Shown here: piece after piece, positions 55,201-64,000 of the stretch
Layout: each line of letters begins with the position of its first letter
How positions within the stretch are numbered: position 1 is the first letter of the stretch
Virus record (IMG/VR): IMGVR_UViG_2917802685_000001
Location: 64,001-128,000 of that record
Strand: one strand, 5' to 3'
Source: a virus
Lineage: Duplodnaviria; Caudoviricetes
Length of the DNA stretch: 64,000 nt
Made by a program: the position numbers and the translations under genes
Notes under the pieces: model-generated
Told to the model about the DNA's origin: nothing
Databases searched by the model: none
What the model saw: only the letters and a program-made list of their open reading frames with translations

Positions 55201-56937
55201 ATGAGGCGAAAGTCGCTTCAGCCTTGGCCGGAGACGGTCTGGTACACCAGCGGCCGAGTGAAGAACTCCAGCTCTCTGCGGGCGATCCGCCAGCGCCTGC
55301 AGCAGGAGCCGTTCCAGCACTGGCGGGAGTTCACCCCCTCCGACGACCCGAAGTGGTGGTGGGGGTTCGACGCCTCCTGGCGTACCGAGGACGGCGACCG
55401 CATCAAGGCCAGGCTGGAACTGCAGCCGGACCTGACGGCAGCCTCCATCCTGAATCTGTCCAAGAAGAAGCTGGACACCAGCGACGTCAACATCGAGTTC
55501 TGCTGGAGGCTGACGGCCGAGGCCGACAGTCCCTGGCGCCTGGACTGGCAGTCGCCGATGACCATGTTCGGCGATGTCCGCCCGTACGACTGGGTCTCCG
55601 GCCGCATGCCGCTGGTCGACTACACCTACGCCAAGGAAGTGACCCCCCAGGAGTGCAGTCAGATGTTCTCCGCCATGTCGGCGGCCTCCTGGTACATCAC
55701 CGTCATCACCCACGACAAGACGCCGATCGACAAGGTGGTGCCCGAGGCGGAACCCACGCTCGGCACCTACCTGCCTCCTTCCCTGCGGGGGCGGGTGGTG
55801 GAGGTGCGCGTCTTCGGGGATCAGGACCAGATCGTCAACGCCCACGAAGTGCTGCCGGAGAGCAGGCTGCGGCTGAAGTGGGGCGGGGCGCTGATCCTGC
55901 CGACGAACCCGCGCCAGGAGGAGTGGTGCTGGGCCGACTACTCCGTCCGGCGGCCGTCCGGCGGGAACATGGAGCAGCTGCTGAAGGAGACGGCCGAGGC
56001 CGTCACCCGGTACGCCGCGCTCCGGCCGCACTACGGCGGCGCGACCCGCTGGTGCGTGAAGGACCTGCGCGAGACGTGGATGTTGCCGGAGATCCAGGTG
56101 GCACCCAAGCGGATACTGCAGGAGAAGGACCAGGCCGTCGAGCGTACCCGTGAGCTGGAGCAGGCGCTGGTCGACCTGCAGGGCGTCGTGGACGACGAGC
56201 GGAAGATGGCCGAGCGGGCGAGGAAGGCCCGGGACGACGCCGAGAGCAGGCTGCAGGAGCTGCGCGCACAGCCGCTGGCCCAGCAGGCGAGGGAGGCCGA
56301 GCGGCAGGCCCAGGAGGCGTGGGCGGCCAGCGAGGTGTCCGACGGCGAGGTGGAGCGGCTCACCGGCGAGGTGGGGTGGCTTCGCCGTCAGCTGGCGCAG
56401 GTGCCGGGCCGGGCGTACGGGGAGCCGGTGCCGGAGCCCGCGAAGGGGCCGGAGAGCTGGCAGGAGCTGCTGGAGCTGGCGCCCGAGCTGCTGGAGCATG
56501 TGCAGGTCCTCGACAGCGTGCGGGCTCCGCTGCAGAAGCTGTACGGGCACGCGTCGTCGGGGTCGTGGCTGCGGCGGACGTGGGACACGCTGGAGGCGTT
56601 GAATGCCTACGTCGCGGCCAAGAAGGAGCACGGTTCGCAGGTGCTGCCGCACTTCGCCACGTACCTGGAGTGGCCGCAGGCGACCGACCTCATCCCCCGG
56701 ACCTGGTTCCGTCCCTCCGAGGTGAGTCTGGAGCGCACCGGGAGCAGCTGGAAGCAGACCCGGATGTTCGAAGTGCCGGGCCTGGGCGAGGTGTTCATGG
56801 GGCTCCACGTCCGGATCGGACAGGGCAGCGGCGGACTGGCGCCCCGGATGCACTTCTACGACGACACCTGCGGACCGACCGAGAAGGTCCACGTCGGCTA
56901 CATCGGCCCGCACCTTCCGAACTGGAAGGGCCGCTGA
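55201..56937 (+). CDS. coiled-coil protein with possible C-terminal RelE/ParE-like domain
   Basis: Central coiled coil; FMGLHVRIG...PRMHFYDD...VHVGYIGPHL. Confidence 0.55.
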   Translation: MRRKSLQPWPETVWYTSGRVKNSSSLRAIRQRLQQEPFQHWREFTPSDDPKWWWGFDASWRTEDGDRIKARLELQPDLTAASILNLSKKKLDTSDVNIEFCWRLTAEADSPWRLDWQSPMTMFGDVRPYDWVSGRMPLVDYTYAKEVTPQECSQMFSAMSAASWYITVITHDKTPIDKVVPEAEPTLGTYLPPSLRGRVVEVRVFGDQDQIVNAHEVLPESRLRLKWGGALILPTNPRQEEWCWADYSVRRPSGGNMEQLLKETAEAVTRYAALRPHYGGATRWCVKDLRETWMLPEIQVAPKRILQEKDQAVERTRELEQALVDLQGVVDDERKMAERARKARDDAESRLQELRAQPLAQQAREAERQAQEAWAASEVSDGEVERLTGEVGWLRRQLAQVPGRAYGEPVPEPAKGPESWQELLELAPELLEHVQVLDSVRAPLQKLYGHASSGSWLRRTWDTLEALNAYVAAKKEHGSQVLPHFATYLEWPQATDLIPRTWFRPSEVSLERTGSSWKQTRMFEVPGLGEVFMGLHVRIGQGSGGLAPRMHFYDDTCGPTEKVHVGYIGPHLPNWKGR

Positions 56938-56952
56938 TCTAGTCCCCTCTTC

Positions 56953-56987
56953 CTGTCTCACCCCTCCCTCGGCCCCCTCAAGGGGCG
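56953..56987 (+). promoter_or_regulatory. candidate late promoter motif
   Basis: CTGTC-N22-AAGGGGCG. Confidence 0.5.
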
Positions 56988-57005
56988 GAAGGAGGGGTGA
57001 TTCGT

Positions 57006-59168
57006 ATGTACGACGCTCGACACGACGCGCCGGACGACCTGTGGACGGACGAGTCCTGGGCCGCCGAGGAGTCCACGCGTGAGCCGATGCGTCCTCATGC
57101 GCGCGGCCAGCGCCGCAACCCCTCCCGCGAAGACCGTTCCGTACGTCGCCGGATGCGCCGCGCGGGCGCGCAGGAGGAGAACAGCATGCCCAGCCCTGAC
57201 CGCTCCGAGCTGCTGCAGCGGATCGAGCGTGCCGCATCGTTCGACGAACAGCTCAAGCTCGTCGCCCAGCTCCACGATTTCGACCGTGCCGCGCAGCGCA
57301 CCGCCGCGCTGGACCGCGAGGCGGACCTGGCCGACACCTCGATCCGAGAGAGGTTCACCCCGGTCGTCTCCGCCGTCGCGCGCGGTACCAGCGCGTCCGA
57401 CTGGCTGGACACCGAGGTCACCGACACGCCGTTCGACCACGGCCAGCTCATCGCGCAGGCCGCGCTGTGGTTCGGCGGCGTGCCGGACTTCGTCAAGGCC
57501 GACCAGGAGGAGTTCGCCGAGCAGGCCGTCGGCAAGGCCCGCCAGGTCTCCGCGAGCCTCGGCGCGCAGTCCCAGACGGCCGAGGACATCTTCGTCGGCT
57601 ACGCGACGTTCCTGCGCACCCAGGCCGTCACCGTCGAGGCCGCCTCGGGCGTGGACCAGATCCAGCAGACCACCGCGCCGGACGGCGTCACCAACAAGCC
57701 GACCCCGCTGCCCCCGGACGTGTTCGACAACTTCGCGCCGCCGGTCGCCGACATCAACACCGCCGTCTCCGGCACGGAGACCTCCAGCGCGGCCCCGGCG
57801 ATCCAGATGTCCCAGCAGGGCGGAAACTCCAGCCCCGAGGTGCCCGGCGGCCACGACAGCAGCGGCCAGCTGACCGGCCCCGGCGCGGAGCCGTCCCTGT
57901 CCGGCGGTGGCGGCAGCTCCTCGCCGGAGCGCGCGGGCGGCCACTCCATCTCCGGGGACCTCCCGGCGCAGGGCGGGCCGACCAACGCCACTCCGCAGGC
58001 CGAACCGGCGCAGGAGGAGACCGAGCAGACCCAGGAGGCCGGTGACGTCTCCCAGCGCCCGAAGACGGCCGCGTCCGGCCTGGAGCAGGTCCAGCAGTCG
58101 GTCGACGTCCACGACCAAGACCACTCCACGCCGCTGCCGACCACCGTGGCGTTCCCCTGGACTCTGGACGAGGGCGGCGAGGCCCACGGGATGACCGGCG
58201 ACGCCCAGTACGACCAGGGCGGGCAGGTCTCCTCCGGCCACCAGGCGCACGCCCGGCGCGTGCAGGCCGACACCTACACCGCGCCTCCGCAGATCATCGA
58301 GCCGAACATCGCCAACTCCCCGGCCTCCACGCCGCCGCGCAACGTCGGCCAGGCCGGGAATGGCGCGGCCGACGCCAAGAACCCCGACGCGAAGCCGTCG
58401 TTCGGCGACGCGCACGCCGCGCCCCAGTACACCCAGGGCTACACCAGCACTGCCCCGGCCGCGCCCGCGCAGGACGTGCCGTACTCCATGGGCGGCGACA
58501 ACGGCCAGAGCCTGCAGCACCCCGCGTTCGCCTCCCGCCGCGTCGCCTCCAAGCAGGACATGCAGCACCCCGACTTCCAGAAGGGCTACAAGTACGCGGC
58601 CCGCTGGAAGGAGGGCACCCCGGTGGTCCGGCCCGGCTCTGCGGAGCTGGAGGCCGGTATCTACGCCGGGTTCACCGACAACCCGCACTCGCGCGGTGCG
58701 TGGCTGTCCGCGCACGCGGCCCTGGCGTCCGTCGAGCCCTCCCTGGGCCGCCGGATCGCCCAGCACCGGGAGCTGACCCACAAGGTGGCCGCCGCGCAGG
58801 CCCTGCCCACCGACGGCACCTACCTGCAGGTCGAGGCCGCGACCGGGATCGACCTGGACACCACCAACCCGTCCACCTCGCCGTCGCCGTCCGGCGACAC
58901 CCCGATCAACGGCCCCGGCAAGCCCGGCCCGCTCGCGGGAGGCATGGACGCAGCCGCCCCGGCCGGTGCCGCCCCCTACAACGGGGCCGAGCCGATGGGC
59001 CAGCCGGTCGTGCCGTCCTCGGCGGCCGTGCCGCAGGGCCAGCCGGTGACCATCCCCGACAGCGGCATGGCGTCCGCGTACAACTCCGGCTCCGGCCTGT
59101 CCCCGACGGCGTCCGCGTTCCGCCGCCGCGTGCAGGCGGGCCTCCTCGCTGAGAAGAAGGGCGCCTGA
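57006..59168 (+). CDS. probable virion head-associated protein (alternative start 57186)
   Basis: Upstream of portal; low-complexity Pro/Gly/Gln; repeated AASG.DQ.QQ motif. Confidence 0.55.
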   Translation: MYDARHDAPDDLWTDESWAAEESTREPMRPHARGQRRNPSREDRSVRRRMRRAGAQEENSMPSPDRSELLQRIERAASFDEQLKLVAQLHDFDRAAQRTAALDREADLADTSIRERFTPVVSAVARGTSASDWLDTEVTDTPFDHGQLIAQAALWFGGVPDFVKADQEEFAEQAVGKARQVSASLGAQSQTAEDIFVGYATFLRTQAVTVEAASGVDQIQQTTAPDGVTNKPTPLPPDVFDNFAPPVADINTAVSGTETSSAAPAIQMSQQGGNSSPEVPGGHDSSGQLTGPGAEPSLSGGGGSSSPERAGGHSISGDLPAQGGPTNATPQAEPAQEETEQTQEAGDVSQRPKTAASGLEQVQQSVDVHDQDHSTPLPTTVAFPWTLDEGGEAHGMTGDAQYDQGGQVSSGHQAHARRVQADTYTAPPQIIEPNIANSPASTPPRNVGQAGNGAADAKNPDAKPSFGDAHAAPQYTQGYTSTAPAAPAQDVPYSMGGDNGQSLQHPAFASRRVASKQDMQHPDFQKGYKYAARWKEGTPVVRPGSAELEAGIYAGFTDNPHSRGAWLSAHAALASVEPSLGRRIAQHRELTHKVAAAQALPTDGTYLQVEAATGIDLDTTNPSTSPSPSGDTPINGPGKPGPLAGGMDAAAPAGAAPYNGAEPMGQPVVPSSAAVPQGQPVTIPDSGMASAYNSGSGLSPTASAFRRRVQAGLLAEKKGA

Positions 59169-59170
59169 CC

Positions 59171-60433
59171 ATGGACATCGCATCCCTGATGTGGGACGAG
59201 ACCGGCCGCGACCTCGACCACGAGCGTCGTGAGCTGGCCCGTACGGCCGCCCTGAACGACGCCGAGCGCATGGTCGGCCAGTTCCTCTACCAGGCGTCCA
59301 ACGACGTCGACCTGGTCAACCGGTTCGCGCTGGCCGACTCGCAGCTGCAGGCCGTGGCGTCCCTGCGCGGCTACCCGCTGCAGGACCTGACCGGCGACCT
59401 GACCGAGCGATGGCAGCTGCTGTCCCAGACGCGTACGGCGCACCGGCAGAAGGTGGCCGCGTCGGCGCAGAAGCTGAAGGCGACGACGGCCGCCGAGCAG
59501 GTCATGGACACGGTGGCGGCCCGCCTGGCCGCCGTGGCGGCGCGCCAGAACCCCGGCGTGCCGATGGTCGAGTGCCTGAAGCTGGCCACCGAGGCCGTCC
59601 GTGTGCACGCCGACGCCTACCCGCTGGCGTACGAGTCGTGGGGCGGCACGCACGACGGCCCGGTCTCCAACCGGGTCAAGAACTTCACCCCGGGCCAGCT
59701 GCCGAAGGCTCTTCCGGAGAGTGCCAGCGGCCCGGCGGCCGACCCGGGCGCCAACGGCGGCTCCGGCACCTTCGACGAGGTCAAGAAGCGTCTGGACGGC
59801 CTGGAAGAGGGCCTCGGTTCGGCTGCCTCCCTGGACCCGACTGTGGCCGGGTTCTACCAGCGGCTGAAGGACTGGTGGCACGGCGGCGAGGAGGCGCAGC
59901 ACACCCCGGCGGCTCCGACCCACGCCCCGGCTCCGGCTCCCGCGCAGCGGGCCCCGTACATGACCCCGAGCAACAACGCGGCCTCCGACCACGTCGATGA
60001 CGCCGTCACGCGTCATCACGACGAGCAGGGGCGCCGCGAGTTCAACGACATCATGAACCGGCTGAACGGCGACCAGGCCGAGATGAACCACAAGTGGGAC
60101 ACCCCGCGCGAGGACCGCTTCGAGAGCCCTGCGGAGACCAACCAGCGCACGAGGTACCTGCAGGACGCTCACGACCGGCGGACCACCGACATGGAGGGAC
60201 GAGTGGACAGCCTCGGCGATTCGCTGACGCCGACCCCGCCGAGCACGCCTGCGGGCGGCTTCTCCCACTCCGAGCGCTCCCAGATCACCAACGTGCCGAT
60301 GCACAACGCGGAGCCCGCCGACTTCTCCCACGTCGACACCGGCACCGGCGGCGGCCAGCAGGTGCTGCCGACCGACCCGGCCGAGCACGCCTTCTCCCAC
60401 CGGGCCAGCCTCCAGCACAGCCTGTTCGAGTAG
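59171..60433 (+). CDS. probable virion-associated protein
   Basis: Operonic with upstream gene; RTA/KVA motifs. Confidence 0.5.
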   Translation: MDIASLMWDETGRDLDHERRELARTAALNDAERMVGQFLYQASNDVDLVNRFALADSQLQAVASLRGYPLQDLTGDLTERWQLLSQTRTAHRQKVAASAQKLKATTAAEQVMDTVAARLAAVAARQNPGVPMVECLKLATEAVRVHADAYPLAYESWGGTHDGPVSNRVKNFTPGQLPKALPESASGPAADPGANGGSGTFDEVKKRLDGLEEGLGSAASLDPTVAGFYQRLKDWWHGGEEAQHTPAAPTHAPAPAPAQRAPYMTPSNNAASDHVDDAVTRHHDEQGRREFNDIMNRLNGDQAEMNHKWDTPREDRFESPAETNQRTRYLQDAHDRRTTDMEGRVDSLGDSLTPTPPSTPAGGFSHSERSQITNVPMHNAEPADFSHVDTGTGGGQQVLPTDPAEHAFSHRASLQHSLFE

Positions 60434-60441
60434 GAGCAGCG

Positions 60442-60654
60442 ATGGACCCGAACCTCGCCTGGGGAGCCATCCTCGGCACCGCGTTCGCCTACGAGATGTA
60501 CGGCGTCTTCAACGGCAAGTTGGGCGACACGCTCTCCGAGCGGGTTCGGGCCTGGTTCCACACCAGCACCCGGCCCGGCAAGGCGGCCTTCGTCATCGCC
60601 TGGCTGGGCCTGACGGCCTGGTTCATCCCGCACATCCTTTTCGGAGGTCAGTAG
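60442..60654 (+). CDS. small 2-TM membrane protein
   Basis: AGGAG RBS; GDTLSERVRAWF between TMs. Confidence 0.7.
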   Translation: MDPNLAWGAILGTAFAYEMYGVFNGKLGDTLSERVRAWFHTSTRPGKAAFVIAWLGLTAWFIPHILFGGQ

Positions 60655-61011
60655 GTGTTCATCTACCAGGCCACCGTGGAGAAGGTGGTGGACGGCGACA
60701 CCCTGGACCTGCAGGTCGACCTGGGGTTCGGGGTGTTCACCCGGCAGCGGGTGCGCCTCCTCGGCATCAACGCCGCCGAGCACGGCACCGAACTCGGCGA
60801 CAAGGCCACCGCTTTCGTCCGTGACTGGGTCCAGAAGCATGGGCCGGTGTTCACCGTCCGGACCCAGAAGGACAAGCGGGAGAAGTACGGCCGCTACCTC
60901 GCGACGGTCCTGTCCGGCACCGAGGACCTGGGCCAGGCGCTGATCGACGCCGGACTGGCTCTCCCGTACGACGGTACCGGCCCCCGGCCCGTGCCGGAGC
61001 CGGTACCGTAG
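60655..61011 (+). CDS. thermonuclease (SNase family)
   Basis: VVDGDT..., RVRLLGINAAE, EKYGRYLA, LIDAGLA. Confidence 0.9.
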   Translation: MFIYQATVEKVVDGDTLDLQVDLGFGVFTRQRVRLLGINAAEHGTELGDKATAFVRDWVQKHGPVFTVRTQKDKREKYGRYLATVLSGTEDLGQALIDAGLALPYDGTGPRPVPEPVP

Positions 61012-61106
61012 CCGAAGGCCCCATGGCCCACCGCCTGTCGCGATTCGACATCCACACGCGCGGGCACACTCGCCCCTCCCGGCCACGTTGCGGGAGGGGC
61101 GCTGTG

Positions 61107-61140
61107 CTGTCCGGGGCCGCCGGTCCACCTGTAGAGGGTG
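61107..61140 (+). promoter_or_regulatory. candidate late promoter motif
   Basis: CTGTC-N21-AGAGGGTG. Confidence 0.5.
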
Positions 61141-61152
61141 GAGGTGAGCGGT

Positions 61153-61671
61153 ATGACGCTGCACACGGTGGTGGCGCACCAGTCCGGCGATGGGATCACC
61201 ATCGCGCACTGCCCGTTCTGCGGTTCGGGGCAGGTCATCGGCCGCTCGGACGGCAACACGGAGTGCTCGTTCTGCAATCAGTCGTTCCTGGTCAGGGTGC
61301 AGCCGATGTTCTCGGCGTTCCCTCAGTCGATCGACGGGATGCCGGTGCAGATTCCGGGGATGCCGCCTCCGACCATGCCCGGGATGCCGCCGGGCGGTGA
61401 CCCCAACGACCCGAACGCCATGCCGCCCGGCGCCGAGGGCCCGCCTGGTGCGGACGCGGGAGGAGCGCCGCCGTTCGGCGGGGGAAGCGACTCAAGCGAC
61501 TCAGGCTCGGACAGCGGCGGCTCGGACGGCTCCGGCTCCGATGACAAGGACTCCGGCGGCGGGCCGCCGTTCGGGAAGAAGGAGTCCGTCTACCGCGTCC
61601 CCGGCGGCCGGACGCTCGGGCGGTCCGCGTACGTCGACTACCTCGCCGGGCTCCTGGGAGGCCAGCAGTGA
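61153..61671 (+). CDS. Zn-ribbon protein with Pro/Gly-rich tail
   Basis: HCPFCGSGQVIGRSDGNTECSFC. Confidence 0.7.
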   Translation: MTLHTVVAHQSGDGITIAHCPFCGSGQVIGRSDGNTECSFCNQSFLVRVQPMFSAFPQSIDGMPVQIPGMPPPTMPGMPPGGDPNDPNAMPPGAEGPPGADAGGAPPFGGGSDSSDSGSDSGGSDGSGSDDKDSGGGPPFGKKESVYRVPGGRTLGRSAYVDYLAGLLGGQQ

Positions 61672-61853
61672 TCTCCCTGCGTGCCCTGGTGACGCTGGAA
61701 GTGGACGGCGTCGTCTACGTCACCGGTGAGGTGCTGGAGCTGCCTGAGGGCCAGGAAGCCCGTGCTGCCCAGCTGCAGTCATACGGGTACGCCGACGAGG
61801 CTCCGGCGGAACCGGTGAAGAAGACGCGGCGGAAGACGACCCCCGCCTCCTGA
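61668..61853 (+). CDS. small hypothetical protein
   Basis: GTGA overlap; GEVLEL...A..L...GYA. Confidence 0.6.
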   Translation: MISLRALVTLEVDGVVYVTGEVLELPEGQEARAAQLQSYGYADEAPAEPVKKTRRKTTPAS

Positions 61854-61859
61854 TCGGCC

Positions 61860-61893
61860 CTGTCTGTGGCGGCTCGCCCACCCCCAAGGGGTG
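61860..61893 (+). promoter_or_regulatory. candidate late promoter motif
   Basis: CTGTC-N21-AAGGGGTG. Confidence 0.5.
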
Positions 61894-61912
61894 AGCCACC
61901 ACAGGAGGATTC

Positions 61913-64000
61913 ATGGCAAGCCAGCGGGGCGGAGCCCAGCCGAACTACGACGGCGAGCAGTCACGGATCGATCGTCTGTTCCGTCGCTTCTCCTCGCGGC
62001 CGGGCGAGTCGGGCGAAGAGGCCGAGATGCGCGCCAACCGGCGCGTCGGCCGCCGGAAGACGGCAGCGGCGGGTTTCACCGGCGGCGGCGCGGGCGGTCC
62101 TTCGGTGGACTTCGCCACGGTCAGGCCGCGCGACCCGCTGTTCTACTGGCGGCAGAACAACCTGCCGTTCCAGTTCGACGACCCGGCGCAGATGCAGAAG
62201 ATGCGGGCGTACTGCCGACTTCTTTACATCTCGCATCCGCTGGTCGGCTCCTGCGTCGACATCTACTCGAAGTACCCGCTGCTCGGGCTGAAGATGTCAT
62301 GCAAGGACGAGCGGCTCACCGAGTTCTACACGGACCACTTCCTCTCCGAGGACGGCCTGGACTACCAGAAGTTCCTCGTCAGGATGGGCCGGGAGTACTG
62401 GACGACCGGTGAGGCGTGGCCGCTCGGCACCTTCAACGAGGACCTCGGCGTCTGGGACGACGAGGAGCTGCTGAACCCCGACGACGTCGAGGTGCAGCCC
62501 TCCCCGTTCCTGCGCGAGCCCCGGTTCCTGATCCGGCTCCCGCAGAGCATGAAGGAGCTGATCCGCACCCGGCAGCCCGCCTGGGAGTACGAGAAGCTCA
62601 TCACGGCGTACCCGGAGCTGACGTACTACTCCGACGACAACGCCCTCATGCCCGTCAGCAACATCCTGCTGCGGCAGATGAAGTTCGAGGCGGACACGTT
62701 CAACCCCCGGGGCATCCCGCTGCTGTACAGAGCGATGCGTTCGCTCATGCAGGAAGAGATGCTGAACGCGGCCGTCGACTCGATCGCCGACCGGCTCTAC
62801 ACGCCGCTCATCCACGCCAAGCTCGGCGCGTCCGCGTCCGACCTCGGCACCAACGTGCCGTGGATTCCCACCATGGACGACCTCGCCGACTTCGAGGAGG
62901 CCGTGGACGCGGCCCTCGCGGGCGACTTCCGCATCATCATGACCCACTTCGCGGTCCAGATGGAGTCGGTGCTGGGCAAGGAGGACATCCCCGACCTGAC
63001 CGGTGACTTCGACCGGATCGAGGGCCGGGTCCTGCAGACATTCGGCTTGAGCAAGACCATGCTCGCCGGTGCCTCCTCCGGCGAGACGTACGCGGCCGAC
63101 GCCCTCAACCGCGACCTGGTCACGCAGATGCTGACCAACTACCAGAACCTCATCGCCTCCCACTACCGCCAGCGGGCCCTCGTCGTCGCCGAGGCCCAGG
63201 AGCACTTCGACTACGAAGAGCGCAACGGCAAGCGGTACGTGAAGATGGAGGAGATCTACGAGATCGACGAGGAGACCGGCGAGGGCCGGATCGTCGAGCA
63301 GCCCAAGCTCCTCATCCCTGACCTGCAGTTCAAGACGATGTCCCTGCAGGACGAGGCCGCGCAGAACGAGTTCTTCGAGGCCCTGCGCGAGGCCGGGGTC
63401 CCGATCTCGATGAAGACGCGCCTGCACAACGTCAACATCGACTTCGACGAGGAGATCGAGAAGTCCCGCGACGAAGCCGTCGACCTCGCGGTGGCCGAGC
63501 AGGAGTCCCGCAAGGCCATCTACGTCGCGCTCAAGGACAAGGGCCTGCCGATCCCGCAGGACCTGCGGGCCGACTTCGAGCCGCGTGCGCTGCCCGAGGA
63601 CCAGGACATGATGCAGCCGCCGACGGCGCCGCTGCGTATCCCGATCCTCGGCATGGACCCGATCAGCTCTCAGCCCACGCTCGCGCCGACCATGCAGGAC
63701 CTGACCGCGATGCCCGCCGACGGCGGCGTGGCCCAGCCCGGCGGCGTGCCGGAGCCGGTCGACGCCGACCAGGGCGAGCAGCGGCCGGACGAGTCCGACG
63801 AGCAGCGCGAGGACATGCCCAAGCAGTCCTCGCTGATTCCGTACCCCCGGCCGCGCCTCGACGACTACACGGGTCTGTTCCAGAACCACGAGCGGATGAA
63901 GGCCCTGGCCGACGAGCACCAGCCCAAAGTCAAGGTGCCGGTCAAGCCGGTCACCGAGGACGACGCCGAGACTCCGGTCCCCGAGGCGATCGAGCGCAAG
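61913..64000 (+). CDS. phage portal protein, 3'-truncated by window (absent from ORF track)
   Basis: AGGAGG RBS; open frame of 696 codons to window end; HPLVGSCVDIYSKYP, REYWTTGEAW, RGIPLLYRA, IADRLYTPL; resembles (from recall) portals of Bxz1/E3-like actinobacterial myoviruses. Confidence 0.75.
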   Translation, partial: MASQRGGAQPNYDGEQSRIDRLFRRFSSRPGESGEEAEMRANRRVGRRKTAAAGFTGGGAGGPSVDFATVRPRDPLFYWRQNNLPFQFDDPAQMQKMRAYCRLLYISHPLVGSCVDIYSKYPLLGLKMSCKDERLTEFYTDHFLSEDGLDYQKFLVRMGREYWTTGEAWPLGTFNEDLGVWDDEELLNPDDVEVQPSPFLREPRFLIRLPQSMKELIRTRQPAWEYEKLITAYPELTYYSDDNALMPVSNILLRQMKFEADTFNPRGIPLLYRAMRSLMQEEMLNAAVDSIADRLYTPLIHAKLGASASDLGTNVPWIPTMDDLADFEEAVDAALAGDFRIIMTHFAVQMESVLGKEDIPDLTGDFDRIEGRVLQTFGLSKTMLAGASSGETYAADALNRDLVTQMLTNYQNLIASHYRQRALVVAEAQEHFDYEERNGKRYVKMEEIYEIDEETGEGRIVEQPKLLIPDLQFKTMSLQDEAAQNEFFEALREAGVPISMKTRLHNVNIDFDEEIEKSRDEAVDLAVAEQESRKAIYVALKDKGLPIPQDLRADFEPRALPEDQDMMQPPTAPLRIPILGMDPISSQPTLAPTMQDLTAMPADGGVAQPGGVPEPVDADQGEQRPDESDEQREDMPKQSSLIPYPRPRLDDYTGLFQNHERMKALADEHQPKVKVPVKPVTEDDAETPVPEAIERK

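Noticed and set aside
54355-57237. 960-aa minus-strand ORF (and other long antisense ORFs such as 29314-31863, 19038-21116, 56958-59183, 62297-63919)
   Set aside because: Shadow ORFs opposite well-supported + strand genes in high-GC DNA; no RBS or motifs

Overview
High-GC, Streptomyces-like DNA (inferred from composition and the XRE-DUF5753/DUF397/ATPase triad). It reads as part of a large temperate phage or phage-plasmid. Left arm (1-13.8 kb, mixed strands): a DUF2637-type membrane protein, two tyrosine-recombinase genes (one Cre-like and intact, one apparently lacking its catalytic C-terminus), a graspetide RiPP pair (tgmA precursor plus tgmB ATP-grasp ligase) and the regulatory triad. Middle (14-54.5 kb): about 70 co-oriented, mostly unknown genes in small cassettes. 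Nineteen copies of one promoter (17 in this block) have a TAGAGT -10 with a GCAAC-N4-GTTGC palindrome fixed 2 bp upstream of it, in a 17-bp and a 19-bp spacer class. Three tRNA-like RNA elements (acceptor stem plus T-arm, no D or anticodon arm) follow consecutive stop codons at 22.2-24.5 kb. Right end (54.5-64 kb): dCTP deaminase, a possible RelE-fold protein, probable head proteins, a thermonuclease and a myovirus-type portal that runs off the window; four of these genes share a second motif (CTGTS-N21/22-ANGGG.TG). Family assignments come from motif recognition and recall, not database searches.
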